Assembly: GCA_965215605.1 (NCBI GenBank)
Contig: OZ244070.1
Coordinates: 3,808,001-3,872,000, forward strand
DNA: 64,000 nucleotides
From: an uncultured Candidatus Binatia bacterium
GTDB lineage: Bacteria > Desulfobacterota > Binatia > UBA9968 > JAJDTQ01
Reading direction: 5' to 3'
The position numbers and the translations under genes are program-made. Positions within the stretch are counted from its first letter, which is position 1, and the number at the start of each line of letters is the position of its first letter. This document shows, one piece after another, positions 51,883 through 61,007 of this stretch. The notes under the pieces are model-generated. The model saw only the letters and a program-made list of their open reading frames with translations, ran no database searches and was not told where the DNA came from.

Positions 51883-53844
51883 ATGACCGCGACCCTGGGA
51901 CATACCTGTGTGCTGCTGGCGCTGGCGCTGGCGGCATGGGGCATCGCGGCCCCGATCCTGCACGCGCGCACCGGCATCGAGCGCTTCCACGCTTCGGCCC
52001 GCTACGCCATCGCCGGCCAGTTCGTGCTCGTGACCGTGGCCGCGGCGGCATTGATCTACGCTCTGGTGGCCACCGACTTCTCCATCCGCTACGTGGCCCT
52101 CAACACGACCCGGAACACCCCCGTCTACTACCGCGTCACCGGCCTGTGGGGCGCCCTGGAAGGCTCGCTGCTCCTGTGGGAGTGGATCCTCATCATCTTC
52201 TCGGCCCTGGTGGCGTGGAGCTACCGCAGGCGCATGCAGGAGTTCATGCCCTGGGTGCTGATGGTGTTTTCCATCGTCTCGGCCTTCTTCCTGGCGGTCA
52301 TCGCCTTCGGCTCCAACCCCTTCGAGACCCAGTTCCCGGTGCCCGCCGACGGCCGCGGGCTCAACCCGCTGCTGGAAGACGCCAACATGCTGAGCCACCC
52401 GCCGCTCCTGTACACCGGGTTCGTCGGGCTCACCGTCCCCTACGCCTTTGCCATGGCCGCGCTCATCTGCGGCAAACTGGACCAAAGCTGGATCGTCGCC
52501 ACCCGGCGCTGGACCATCACCGCCTGGTTCTTTCTGACCCTCGGCAACCTCGTGGGCGCGTGGTGGTCGTACCACGTCCTCGGCTGGGGCGGCTATTGGG
52601 CCTGGGACCCGGTGGAGAACGCCGCCTTCATGCCCTGGCTGCCGGCCACCGCGTTCCTCCATTCGGTGCAGGTGCAGGAACGGCGCGGCATGCTCAAGAC
52701 CTGGAACCTGCTGCTGATCATCATCGCCTTCAGCCTCACCCTCTTCGGCACCTTCCTGACGCGCTCGGGGGTTCTGTCCTCCATCCACGCCTTCTCGTCC
52801 GGGCCGGTGGGGGCCTACTTCCTGGGGTTCCTGGGCTTCGTGCTGATCTCGTCGCTGGGGCTGCTGGCCTGGCGCAGCGACCAACTACGGGGCCAGCCGG
52901 AGCTCGATTCCGTGGTAAGCCGCGAATCGGCGTTCGTGCTGAACAACGTGGTGTTCGTGTCGGCGCTGTTCACCATCTTCCTCGGCACCGTCTTCCCGCT
53001 GCTGTCCCAGGCCGTGGCCGGGGTCCAGGTAAGCGTCGGCGCCCCCTACTTCAACAGCGTCACGGCGCCGCTGTTCCTGCTGCTGGTCTTCCTCATGGGG
53101 GTGGGTCCGCTCATTGCCTGGCGGCGGGCTTCGTGGGACAACCTCAAGCGGAACTTCACTTGGCCCATGGTCGCGTCGCTGGCCGTGGCCGTGGGCCTGT
53201 TCGCCGGCGGGATACGCTCGTTCCTGTCACTGCTGGGCTTCACCCTCTGCGCCTTCACGGTCTGGACCATGGTCTTCGACACCTTCCTGTCCCTGCGCGC
53301 CCGGCGGCGGCAGGCCGGAGAAGGCCCGTTGCGCGGGCTCGCCACCCTGGTCCGCCGCAACCAGCGCCGCTACGGCGGCTTCGTGGTGCACCTGGGGGTG
53401 GTTCTGGTGGTGCTGGGCATCGCCGGCTCCATGGCCTACAGCATCGAGCGGGAGGCGACCCTGAGCGTCGGCGAGACGCTCCAGGCCGGACCCTACCGGG
53501 TGGCCTTCGAGGGACTTCAGGGCTCGCAGCAGCCCACCCACTACCGGGTGGAAGGGGCGTTCCAGGTGTCGCAGAACGGCCACGCCCTGGGGCGCCTGTC
53601 GCCGGCGCTGAAGTTCTTCCCGGCCCAGGACTCGCCCATCGGGCGGGCGGTGTTCCGAAGCACCCTCAAGGAGGACCTCTACCTCATCCTTTCAGGCTTC
53701 AGCGAGGTGGGACAGAACCGGGCCACCCTCAAGGTGCTGATCCGCCCGCTGGTGCTGTGGATCTGGCTCGGCGGCGTCGTCATCACCCTCGGCACGCTCA
53801 TGACCATCCTGCCCATGGGGCGCGCCGCTCGGACGGAAACTTGA
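51883..53844 (+). CDS. ccmF: Cytochrome c heme lyase
   Basis: LWGALEGSLLLW, GLNPLL, HPP, WGGYWAWDPVEN, SIHAF. Confidence 0.96.
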   Translation: MTATLGHTCVLLALALAAWGIAAPILHARTGIERFHASARYAIAGQFVLVTVAAAALIYALVATDFSIRYVALNTTRNTPVYYRVTGLWGALEGSLLLWEWILIIFSALVAWSYRRRMQEFMPWVLMVFSIVSAFFLAVIAFGSNPFETQFPVPADGRGLNPLLEDANMLSHPPLLYTGFVGLTVPYAFAMAALICGKLDQSWIVATRRWTITAWFFLTLGNLVGAWWSYHVLGWGGYWAWDPVENAAFMPWLPATAFLHSVQVQERRGMLKTWNLLLIIIAFSLTLFGTFLTRSGVLSSIHAFSSGPVGAYFLGFLGFVLISSLGLLAWRSDQLRGQPELDSVVSRESAFVLNNVVFVSALFTIFLGTVFPLLSQAVAGVQVSVGAPYFNSVTAPLFLLLVFLMGVGPLIAWRRASWDNLKRNFTWPMVASLAVAVGLFAGGIRSFLSLLGFTLCAFTVWTMVFDTFLSLRARRRQAGEGPLRGLATLVRRNQRRYGGFVVHLGVVLVVLGIAGSMAYSIEREATLSVGETLQAGPYRVAFEGLQGSQQPTHYRVEGAFQVSQNGHALGRLSPALKFFPAQDSPIGRAVFRSTLKEDLYLILSGFSEVGQNRATLKVLIRPLVLWIWLGGVVITLGTLMTILPMGRAARTET

Positions 53845-54410
53845 GCCCGGCGGCGCGAAGACTGCTGTTCACCCTCATGGGGGTGGGGCTGGTGCTGATC
53901 CTGCTGGGTTACGGATTCTACCAGGACCCGCGCTACATCCCCTCGCCGCTGGTGGGCGGCCCCGCCCCGGACTTCTCGCTGGATACGTTCAAGGGCGAAA
54001 CGGTGCGTCTTTCGGACCTGCGGGGCAAGACCGTGCTGCTGGATTTCTGGGCCTCCTGGTGCCTGCCCTGCCGGGCGGAGGCCAGGGAACTGGAGGCGGC
54101 CTGGAAGCGTCAGGGAGACGACGTCGTCTTTCTCGGCATCAACATCCAGGACAGCAAGGCCGAGGCGCTGAAATTCATCGACGAGTTCGGCATCACGTTC
54201 CTCAACGGCCAGGACGCCGACGGGAAGGTGTCCGTGGACTACGGCGTGTGGGGAATCCCGGAAGCGTTCTTCCTCAGCCCCGCCGGAAGGATCACCTACA
54301 AGCACGTGGGCGCCGTCCCGCCGCCGATTCTGGCGGCCAAGCTGGAGGAGGCCCGGCGCGATCTGGTCAGCACCGACAGCGGCCGCGGAGAACACCAGGC
54401 CATACGATGA
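53841..54410 (+). CDS. ccmG: Thiol:disulfide oxidoreductase CcmG/TlpA
   Basis: FWASWCLPC, YGVWGIPE; TTG start overlapping the ccmF stop. Confidence 0.88.
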   Translation: MSPAARRLLFTLMGVGLVLILLGYGFYQDPRYIPSPLVGGPAPDFSLDTFKGETVRLSDLRGKTVLLDFWASWCLPCRAEARELEAAWKRQGDDVVFLGINIQDSKAEALKFIDEFGITFLNGQDADGKVSVDYGVWGIPEAFFLSPAGRITYKHVGAVPPPILAAKLEEARRDLVSTDSGRGEHQAIR

Positions 54411-55987
54411 GCATCGCAGCGAAAGCAGTGCTTTGGGGTCTGCTCCTCACCTTTTCCTTCAATGTCCATGCGGACCAGGCGCTGGAGGACCGGGTGCGGG
54501 CCATCGCCTCGGAACTCCGTTGCGTGGTGTGCCAGAACCTGTCCGTGGCCGACTCCCCGGCCGAGATGGCGGTGCAGATGCGCGGCATCGTTCGCGAACA
54601 GCTCAAGGATGGCAAGACGCCGGACGAGATCCGGAGCTACTTCGTCTCCAAGTACGGCGAGTGGGTCCTGCTGGCGCCCCCGGCCCACGGCTTCAACCTG
54701 ACCGTCTGGCTCCTGCCCTTCGCCGTCCTGCTCGCCGGGCTGGCCTGGGCGGCGTGGCTTCTCCGCCGGTGGAGCCGCCGGAAGAGGGATGAACCGGAAG
54801 AACCCCCGGATCCGGAACTGCTGGAGCAGGTCCGCGCCGAGGCCGCGCGCGCCGACTTCCCCGGCGCTCCCGGGCGGGAGCCGCCGGACCACGAACGGAC
54901 CCGCCTCTACCAGGACCTCCGCGAGCTGGACTTCGACCGTGAGGCCGGAAAGCTGTCCGATGCCGACTACCAAGCCCTCAAGGAACGCTACGAACGTCAG
55001 GCGGTGCGCCGGCTCGCGGAGAGCCGCGAAAGCGTGGCGCCGGACCCGGAACCCGAGATGACGCAGACCACCGATGCCGGGGGACGGAGGCGAAGATGGG
55101 CGCCGGCCGCGTGGGCGGTGGCGCTGTTGGCGGGCGGCATTACGCTCGGCCTGCTGCTGGGCCAGTCGCTGCGGCCCCGCACCTCCACCGAAGACAGCAT
55201 CACCGGCGACTTCATGACCGGCACCGGCCCCCAGGGGATCAGCCGCCCGCGCGCGTCCGGTAACCCGGAGACGGCCCTTGGTCGGGGCCAGGAGGCGTTC
55301 CGGCGACAGGATTTCAAGACCGCCATCGAGGCCTTCCGCACCGTGCTGGGGCAGGACCCGGGCCACCCTCTGGCCAACGCCTACATGGGGATGGTGCTGG
55401 CACAGGCCGGTCACACGGACGCCGCCCTGGAGGCGCTGGACCGGGCGCTGTCCCGGACTCCCAACCAGCCCCTGGCCTTGTGGGCCAAGGGGATGATCCT
55501 CTACCAGGAGGGGCGCGACCCGGACGGCGCCAGGGAGCACCTCCAACGGCTCGAGGGGCTGCTGCCGGCGGGCGAACAGAAAGACGCTGTCCGGGAGATC
55601 ATCGCGCAGATCGGTCAGGCGCCGCAGGAAACGCCCAAGGCGCCGGCGGGGCCGGGCATCGGGGGCACCGTCCGGCTGGATCCCCGGCACGCGGCACAGG
55701 CAGGCGGAAAGGCCATCCTCTACATCGTCGCCAGGCCGGCCGGAGCCGGCGGCGGCCCGCCGCTGGCGGTCAAGCGCATCGCCGCCCCCGCCTTCCCGGT
55801 CTCCTTCTCGCTGGGCCCCGGCGACGTCATGATGCCGGGGATGGCGTTCGACGGCCCGCTGGACCTCAGCGCGCGGCTCGACCGGGACGGCGACCCCCTG
55901 ACGCGCGAACCCGGAGAGCCGGCGGGTACCCACGAGGGGAATCCCGTGAAGCCCGGCGCCAGAAATGTGGCGATCACATTGAAATGA
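54407..55987 (+). CDS. ccmH: CcmH fused to a CcmI-like TPR and C-terminal domain
   Basis: LRCVVCQNLSVADS, LRELDFDREAGKLSDADY, TPR region, GPPLAVKR...FPVSFSL..DVMMPG. Confidence 0.9.
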   Translation: MSIAAKAVLWGLLLTFSFNVHADQALEDRVRAIASELRCVVCQNLSVADSPAEMAVQMRGIVREQLKDGKTPDEIRSYFVSKYGEWVLLAPPAHGFNLTVWLLPFAVLLAGLAWAAWLLRRWSRRKRDEPEEPPDPELLEQVRAEAARADFPGAPGREPPDHERTRLYQDLRELDFDREAGKLSDADYQALKERYERQAVRRLAESRESVAPDPEPEMTQTTDAGGRRRRWAPAAWAVALLAGGITLGLLLGQSLRPRTSTEDSITGDFMTGTGPQGISRPRASGNPETALGRGQEAFRRQDFKTAIEAFRTVLGQDPGHPLANAYMGMVLAQAGHTDAALEALDRALSRTPNQPLALWAKGMILYQEGRDPDGAREHLQRLEGLLPAGEQKDAVREIIAQIGQAPQETPKAPAGPGIGGTVRLDPRHAAQAGGKAILYIVARPAGAGGGPPLAVKRIAAPAFPVSFSLGPGDVMMPGMAFDGPLDLSARLDRDGDPLTREPGEPAGTHEGNPVKPGARNVAITLK

Positions 55988-56105
55988 CGCCTCCGCCTTG
56001 TGTCCAAGGGTCGATCAATTTGCGCCAAAGCCCGTGGAACAGGCTGTCGCTCCTTCGAATCAACGAGTTCGAGTCAACACCGAGGGTCGGAGCTCCGTCG
56101 GTCGA

Positions 56106-56582
56106 TCAATCCGCGCCGGGAAGCCGCTGATATTTTCCCTTGAAGAAGAGAAGCGGGCGCTCGCCCGCCGCTTGCGCGTGGATGACCTCACCGAGGTAGA
56201 TGGTGTGGTCGCCGCCGTCGTAGCCCTGGGTGACCGCGCACTCGATGTGCCCGATGGTTTCGTCCAGGACCGGGACGCCGTTGTCGCTCATGTGCCAGGG
56301 GGTGTCCTGGAACTTCTCGATGCCCTTGGTGGCGAAGCGGTTGGCGAGCTGCTCCTGGTGCTCCCCGAGCAGGTTGACGGCGAATACCCCGGAATCTTCG
56401 AAGCAGTCGTAGCAGTTGGCCTTCTTGTCGATGCAGACCAGCACCAGCGGCGGGTTCAGTGAAAGGGACGAGAAGGCATTGGCGGTGATGCCGGTGGGGA
56501 CTCCGTCCTTGTCCTTGGTGGTGACGATGGTCACGCCGGTGGCGAAGTGTCCCATCACATGCCGGATCTCGCGTGCGTCCAT
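56106..56582 (-). CDS. Flavin reductase family protein
   Basis: FATGVTIVT, SLSLNPPLV, GGDH. Confidence 0.92.
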   Translation of the reverse strand: MDAREIRHVMGHFATGVTIVTTKDKDGVPTGITANAFSSLSLNPPLVLVCIDKKANCYDCFEDSGVFAVNLLGEHQEQLANRFATKGIEKFQDTPWHMSDNGVPVLDETIGHIECAVTQGYDGGDHTIYLGEVIHAQAAGERPLLFFKGKYQRLPGAD

Positions 56583-56721
56583 GGGGCACCGGGTAACAGA
56601 CCGGGCGACGCGTTGTCAATCGCCCGCCCGGACGTAACCGAAGCCGACGGCTCGTGGCCTGAAGAGCACTGGAGCCCAGGCGGAATGACGGGTTCAGGAG
56701 TGACTTGAGCGAGGCCGGAAC

Positions 56722-57162
56722 TCAGCTATCGAGCTCCGGCTTGGGCAGCATCAGGCAGGGAATGCCTTCGTCGTCGAGGGCTTCCCGTTCTTGCTCCGTG
56801 GCGGTGCCGTGGATCGGCCGCTCGTCGGCGTCGCCCGCCTCGATGCGGCGGGCTTCCTGGGCGAAATGAGAGCCTACGTCCTCGAAGTTGTCGCGGACGT
56901 AGTGATGTACCCGGATCAGCGCTTCCTTGAGCTGCTCGGGCGCGGCCATGGCCGGTCCCGCCGCCGGCCGCGGGGCCGGGGACGGCGCCCTGTCCTTCTT
57001 CATGTGGACCGCGCAGGTATGAGGGAGCTTGGTGATGACCGTGGAGTTGCACACCGGACAGGCGATCCGGTCCCCGGACAACTGTTCCTGGTAGTTCTCC
57101 GGCCCCGAGAACCATCCCTCGAAACCGTGGCCGTTGTCACATTCGAGATCGTAGATGACCAT
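56722..57162 (-). CDS. DUF1178 family zinc-ribbon protein
   Basis: YDLECDNGHGFEGWF, CPVC, FEDVGSHFAQEARRI. Confidence 0.88.
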   Translation of the reverse strand: MVIYDLECDNGHGFEGWFSGPENYQEQLSGDRIACPVCNSTVITKLPHTCAVHMKKDRAPSPAPRPAAGPAMAAPEQLKEALIRVHHYVRDNFEDVGSHFAQEARRIEAGDADERPIHGTATEQEREALDDEGIPCLMLPKPELDS

Positions 57163-57166
57163 GCTG

Positions 57167-57991
57167 TCAGGATAGCAGGAAATCGGTGGCCAACTCGACG
57201 AAAGTGTCGCGCTCCTCGATCTGGGGCTCGTGGGCCGAGTCCCGGAACCGGCACACCCTGGACCCTGGGACGATGGCCTGCAGCCGTTCGTCCCAGTCAG
57301 GTTGATTGAGGGGATCGTGATCGCAGGACACGATCAGCAGCGGTACGCTGACGGTGGACAGTTGCCGCACGAAGGCCTCGATGGTGGAGCCTCGCTCGAG
57401 TCCCGGCCGCTTCAGGCGGGCCGCCGACAGCGCCTCCCAGGCTCCGGGCAGGATCGAGTCGGCATAGCGCGACTCCACGCTTTCCGGGTTGAGCCATTTC
57501 TCGTCGTGAAACAACAGCCTGAGGAGCTTGCGCATGTTCTCCAGGCTCGGCGTGTAGTCCTCCAGGTCGGCCTGCGAGTCGCTCTTGAACACTCCGGCAT
57601 TGCCGCAGATGGTGACCATCTTCTTCATTCTCAGGGGTGACGGGCTGCGCACGGCGCTTCGCAGCAGCGTGCCGCCCCCGGCCGAATTGCCCATGTAAAA
57701 CGCCTCGCCCACGCCCGCCACCTCCATGAGCTGCACCAGATGCGTCATCCGGAATCCCGAAGGGTCGGAAAAGCTGTAAATCTTGGCGGTGCGGCCGTAT
57801 CCCAACATGTCCGGAGCGATGACGTGGAAGGTCTCCGCCAGCTTGCCGATGGCCGGCCCCCAGGTGGCCTCCGCGGAGGCGCCGTACTCGCCGCCGTGGA
57901 GCAGCACCAGATCGGGCCCCTCCCCCGCCTCCAGATAGTGGGTCTCGATGCCGCCGACCCGAAGCGTGCGATGCAGATAGTCCGTGCTCAT
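57167..57991 (-). CDS. Alpha/beta fold hydrolase
   Basis: LLHGG, APDMLGYG, GNSAGG nucleophile elbow, SAHEPQ. Confidence 0.88.
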   Translation of the reverse strand: MSTDYLHRTLRVGGIETHYLEAGEGPDLVLLHGGEYGASAEATWGPAIGKLAETFHVIAPDMLGYGRTAKIYSFSDPSGFRMTHLVQLMEVAGVGEAFYMGNSAGGGTLLRSAVRSPSPLRMKKMVTICGNAGVFKSDSQADLEDYTPSLENMRKLLRLLFHDEKWLNPESVESRYADSILPGAWEALSAARLKRPGLERGSTIEAFVRQLSTVSVPLLIVSCDHDPLNQPDWDERLQAIVPGSRVCRFRDSAHEPQIEERDTFVELATDFLLS

Positions 57992-58016
57992 GTTCCGTCT
58001 TTCCTGTGCGGCCTCT

Positions 58017-59678
58017 CTACCAGCCCAGGGCGTAGCCGTCGCGGCGTGGATCGGCGGCCGCCATGAGGGTCCCGTTGCGCGGGTCGCGGGCGATGAGGGC
58101 CGCGCCGCCGAAGGACCACGGCTCCACCACGGTGACCGGGTGACCCCTGTCCGCCAGCCCCTTCACCACCTCCTCCGGGAACCCCCGCTCCAGCCGCAGC
58201 GACTGGGGATAGCCGACGTTGGGCGGCGTGCCCGGCACGTGGCTCCAGCGGGGAGCTTCCAGCGCGCACTGCGGGTCCATCTTCAGGTCCAGCAGGTTGT
58301 GCAGCACCTGCACGTTGGTCTGGGGCTGGTCGTCCGCCCCGGGCGTGCCCCCCACCGCCAGGAACTCGCCGTTGTGAAACACCATGTAGGAGTTGAGGGT
58401 GTGGGCGGGCCGCTTGCCGGGCTGCAGGGCATTGGCGCTCTCCGGATCCAGCATGGCGCTGCACAGGCGGTTGGTCATGACGATGCCGGTATCCCCGGCC
58501 ACCACCCGCGACCCGAACACGGAGAAGACGCTTTCGATGAGCGAGATGGCGTTGCCGTCTCCGTCCGCCGCGCACAGGTAGGTGGTGTCGGCTCCGGCGG
58601 GAGCGTAGGACGAGGTCACCGGCCCCGCGACATCGGCGATGTCCGCGCGGCGCGCGTCCGCGTATTCCCTGCTGATGAGGCGCTGGACTTCCGGGTCGCC
58701 GAAGCGCGGGTCGTCCAGGTGCCGGATGCGGTCCTCGAAGGCGATCTTCTTGGCCTCCACCATGACGTGGGCCAGCTCCGTCCGGCTCAGGGCGTCGCAG
58801 TCGTACCCCGCCAGCAGGTTCATCATGGTCAGGACGACGAACCCCTGGGACACCGGCGGCTGCTCCAGTATCCGATACCCCCTGTAGTCGGTGCTGAGCG
58901 GCTCCATCCACTCGGCGAACCCGCCCTCCAGGTCCCGTTCTTCCAACAGACCGCCTTGCTCTCTGATGCCGGCGCACATGCGCGCCGCCACGTCGCCGCC
59001 GTAGAAGCCCTCCCGTCCGTCCCGGACGATGGCCTCCAGCACCTCCGCCAGTTCCGGCTGCCGCAACATCCTCCCCGGCGTCAGGTCCTCCAGCGGCGCC
59101 CGGAAGTACCGATGGATGCCCGGCCACGCGGGCGCCCATTCCTGGATGGACTCGGCCAGCGAGAGGTACAGGGGAAACCCGTCACGGGCCAAAGTGATGG
59201 CGTCGGCGCAGATCTCGGCCAGGTCCACGGTGCCGTAACGGCGGTGCAGCTCCAGCCATCCGTCCACCGCCCCGGGAACCGAGATGCTCAAGGGCCCGGA
59301 GGCCGGCACGGCATCCAGGCCGCGGCTCCTGAACGCCTCGATGGTGGCGTTGCCCGGCGCCGGACCGCTGGCGTTGAGGGCCCGGACCCCGCCCTCGTCC
59401 TTCATGTGGACCAGCGAGAACATGTCGCCGCCGAGGCCGCAGGCCTCGTGCTTGACCACCGCCAGAACGAAGCCCGCGGCCACCGCCGCGTCCACCGCGT
59501 TGCCGCCCCGCTGCATGATCTTGAGGCCGGCCACCGAGGCGAGCGGATGGCCGGCGGCGATGACGCCCCGGGTGCCCATGACGAGGGTGCGCGCGGCGTG
59601 GCCGTATCGGATTTCGTGAGTGTTTTGCGTCATGGCGACAGGCCTCCCGGAACGTAGTCCCTTGTCCATATCCGTCAT
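58017..59678 (-). CDS. ggt: Gamma-glutamyltransferase family protein
   Basis: GGNAVDAAVA, VPGAVDGW, DTTYL (N-terminal nucleophile Thr), PGKRPAHTL, DPRRDG. Start may be slightly downstream. Confidence 0.92.
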   Translation of the reverse strand: MTDMDKGLRSGRPVAMTQNTHEIRYGHAARTLVMGTRGVIAAGHPLASVAGLKIMQRGGNAVDAAVAAGFVLAVVKHEACGLGGDMFSLVHMKDEGGVRALNASGPAPGNATIEAFRSRGLDAVPASGPLSISVPGAVDGWLELHRRYGTVDLAEICADAITLARDGFPLYLSLAESIQEWAPAWPGIHRYFRAPLEDLTPGRMLRQPELAEVLEAIVRDGREGFYGGDVAARMCAGIREQGGLLEERDLEGGFAEWMEPLSTDYRGYRILEQPPVSQGFVVLTMMNLLAGYDCDALSRTELAHVMVEAKKIAFEDRIRHLDDPRFGDPEVQRLISREYADARRADIADVAGPVTSSYAPAGADTTYLCAADGDGNAISLIESVFSVFGSRVVAGDTGIVMTNRLCSAMLDPESANALQPGKRPAHTLNSYMVFHNGEFLAVGGTPGADDQPQTNVQVLHNLLDLKMDPQCALEAPRWSHVPGTPPNVGYPQSLRLERGFPEEVVKGLADRGHPVTVVEPWSFGGAALIARDPRNGTLMAAADPRRDGYALGW

Positions 59679-59699
59679 TTCCGCGTCGGGTCCACCGAG

Positions 59700-60737
59700 T
59701 CAGTCTTTGCCGCCGCGTTCCTCGATGTGCAGGATCCGGGCGGCGTTGCCCCCGAGTATCCGTTCCCTGGCATCCGGCGCCAGCCCCAGGTCGTCCACCG
59801 CCTCGATGCTGTTGCGGATGAAGCCGCAGCCGTCCTCCGGCCCGTAGGGATAGTTGGTGCCGAAGACCATCTGTTGCGGCCCGAAGAAATCCATGACGCA
59901 CCTGAGCGTGTTGGCCCGGTGGTCCGCGGTGTCCACGAAGAACCGCCGGAACGAGTCCAGGGGATTTTCCTGGAGGCCGTAACGTTCGCGCATCTCGTCG
60001 GTGCGTCCGGTGTAGATATTGATGGCGCGCTGGCCGAAGAAGGCCAGCACCCCGCCGACGTCGGCCACCACGAAGGGCAGCGTCGGGAACCGCTCGATCA
60101 CCCGGCCGTACACCAGCCGGGTCATGGCCACGGTGCTGTCGAAGGCCCACCCGTAGATCAGGATCGGCATGATGTCCAGGCCCACCGCCTCGGTGGCCAG
60201 CGGCGCGGTGGGGTGGAGGTACACCGGAAGCCCGTACTCCGCGAGCTTCTCGTAGACCGGGAAGAAAACCTCGTCGTCCAGCGGCCGGCCGTTGAGATTG
60301 GTGAAGCAGCCGAAGCCGCGAAGCCCGAGGTCCTGGACCGCCCGGTCGAGCTCCTCCAGCGACGCCTCGATGGAAGCCGTGGGCAGGGTCGCCAAGCCCA
60401 CGAAACGGTCCGGATGCCGGCTGCACATGGCGGCCAGATCGTCGTTGGCCACCCGGGCCATGGCCACCGCGTCGTCCGGGTCGTAGCGGTCGGCGCCGGG
60501 CGCGGGGATGCTCACCACCTGGACGTCCACGCCTTCCCGGTCCATGTGCTCCAGCCGCTGCTCGACATCTCGACCCTTGAAGATGGCCGTGTTGATACGG
60601 CAGCCCAGCGTCTTGTCATAGAGGTAGGCCATGCCGCTGTAGGGGTCCGGCTCCTCCAGCACCACGGCGCCGTCCCGCCGGCCCATGGTCTCCATGTAGC
60701 GCTCCGGGAAGATATGGCTCTGGAAATCGATGATCAT
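59700..60737 (-). CDS. Amidohydrolase_2 family protein
   Basis: MIIDFQSH, VYLHP, FGTNYPY, ILGGNAAR. Confidence 0.85.
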   Translation of the reverse strand: MIIDFQSHIFPERYMETMGRRDGAVVLEEPDPYSGMAYLYDKTLGCRINTAIFKGRDVEQRLEHMDREGVDVQVVSIPAPGADRYDPDDAVAMARVANDDLAAMCSRHPDRFVGLATLPTASIEASLEELDRAVQDLGLRGFGCFTNLNGRPLDDEVFFPVYEKLAEYGLPVYLHPTAPLATEAVGLDIMPILIYGWAFDSTVAMTRLVYGRVIERFPTLPFVVADVGGVLAFFGQRAINIYTGRTDEMRERYGLQENPLDSFRRFFVDTADHRANTLRCVMDFFGPQQMVFGTNYPYGPEDGCGFIRNSIEAVDDLGLAPDARERILGGNAARILHIEERGGKD

Positions 60738-60958
60738 CGTGGTCGGATTCCTCGTACGACGGGCGGCAGAGCCTGCGGCAATTCCGTCTCCGCCTTCACC
60801 GTCCTTGAGCCCACGGACGTGCCGCAACGCTGGCAACTGTAGTCATAGAGGTCGCCGTCGGGGAGGACCAGCAGCAGCCGCTCGCGCACCGGCATGGCCT
60901 GACCGCACTTGTTGCAGTAGAGCAACGACGCCGACAACTGTTCGAAGCTCTTCTCCAT
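60734..60958 (-). CDS. Small zinc-ribbon protein (CxxC...CxxC)
   Basis: LYCNKCGQAMPVRERLLLVLPDGDLYDYSCQRCGTSVG; overlaps the next start (ATGA). Confidence 0.75.
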   Translation of the reverse strand: MEKSFEQLSASLLYCNKCGQAMPVRERLLLVLPDGDLYDYSCQRCGTSVGSRTVKAETELPQALPPVVRGIRPR

Positions 60959-61007
60959 GGCATCGGGACGCCGCCGGACCGGGGGCCGGCGGTCCGCCGG
61001 GAGGCCG

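Noticed and set aside
51936-53840. N-terminal part of the 824-aa ORF 51936..54410
   Set aside because: An alternative frame over ccmF; only the last ~189 aa (ccmG) are credible.
49134-55987. ccm operon as novel
   Set aside because: Standard System I with HxxxY CcmE; CcmH-CcmI fusions are known.
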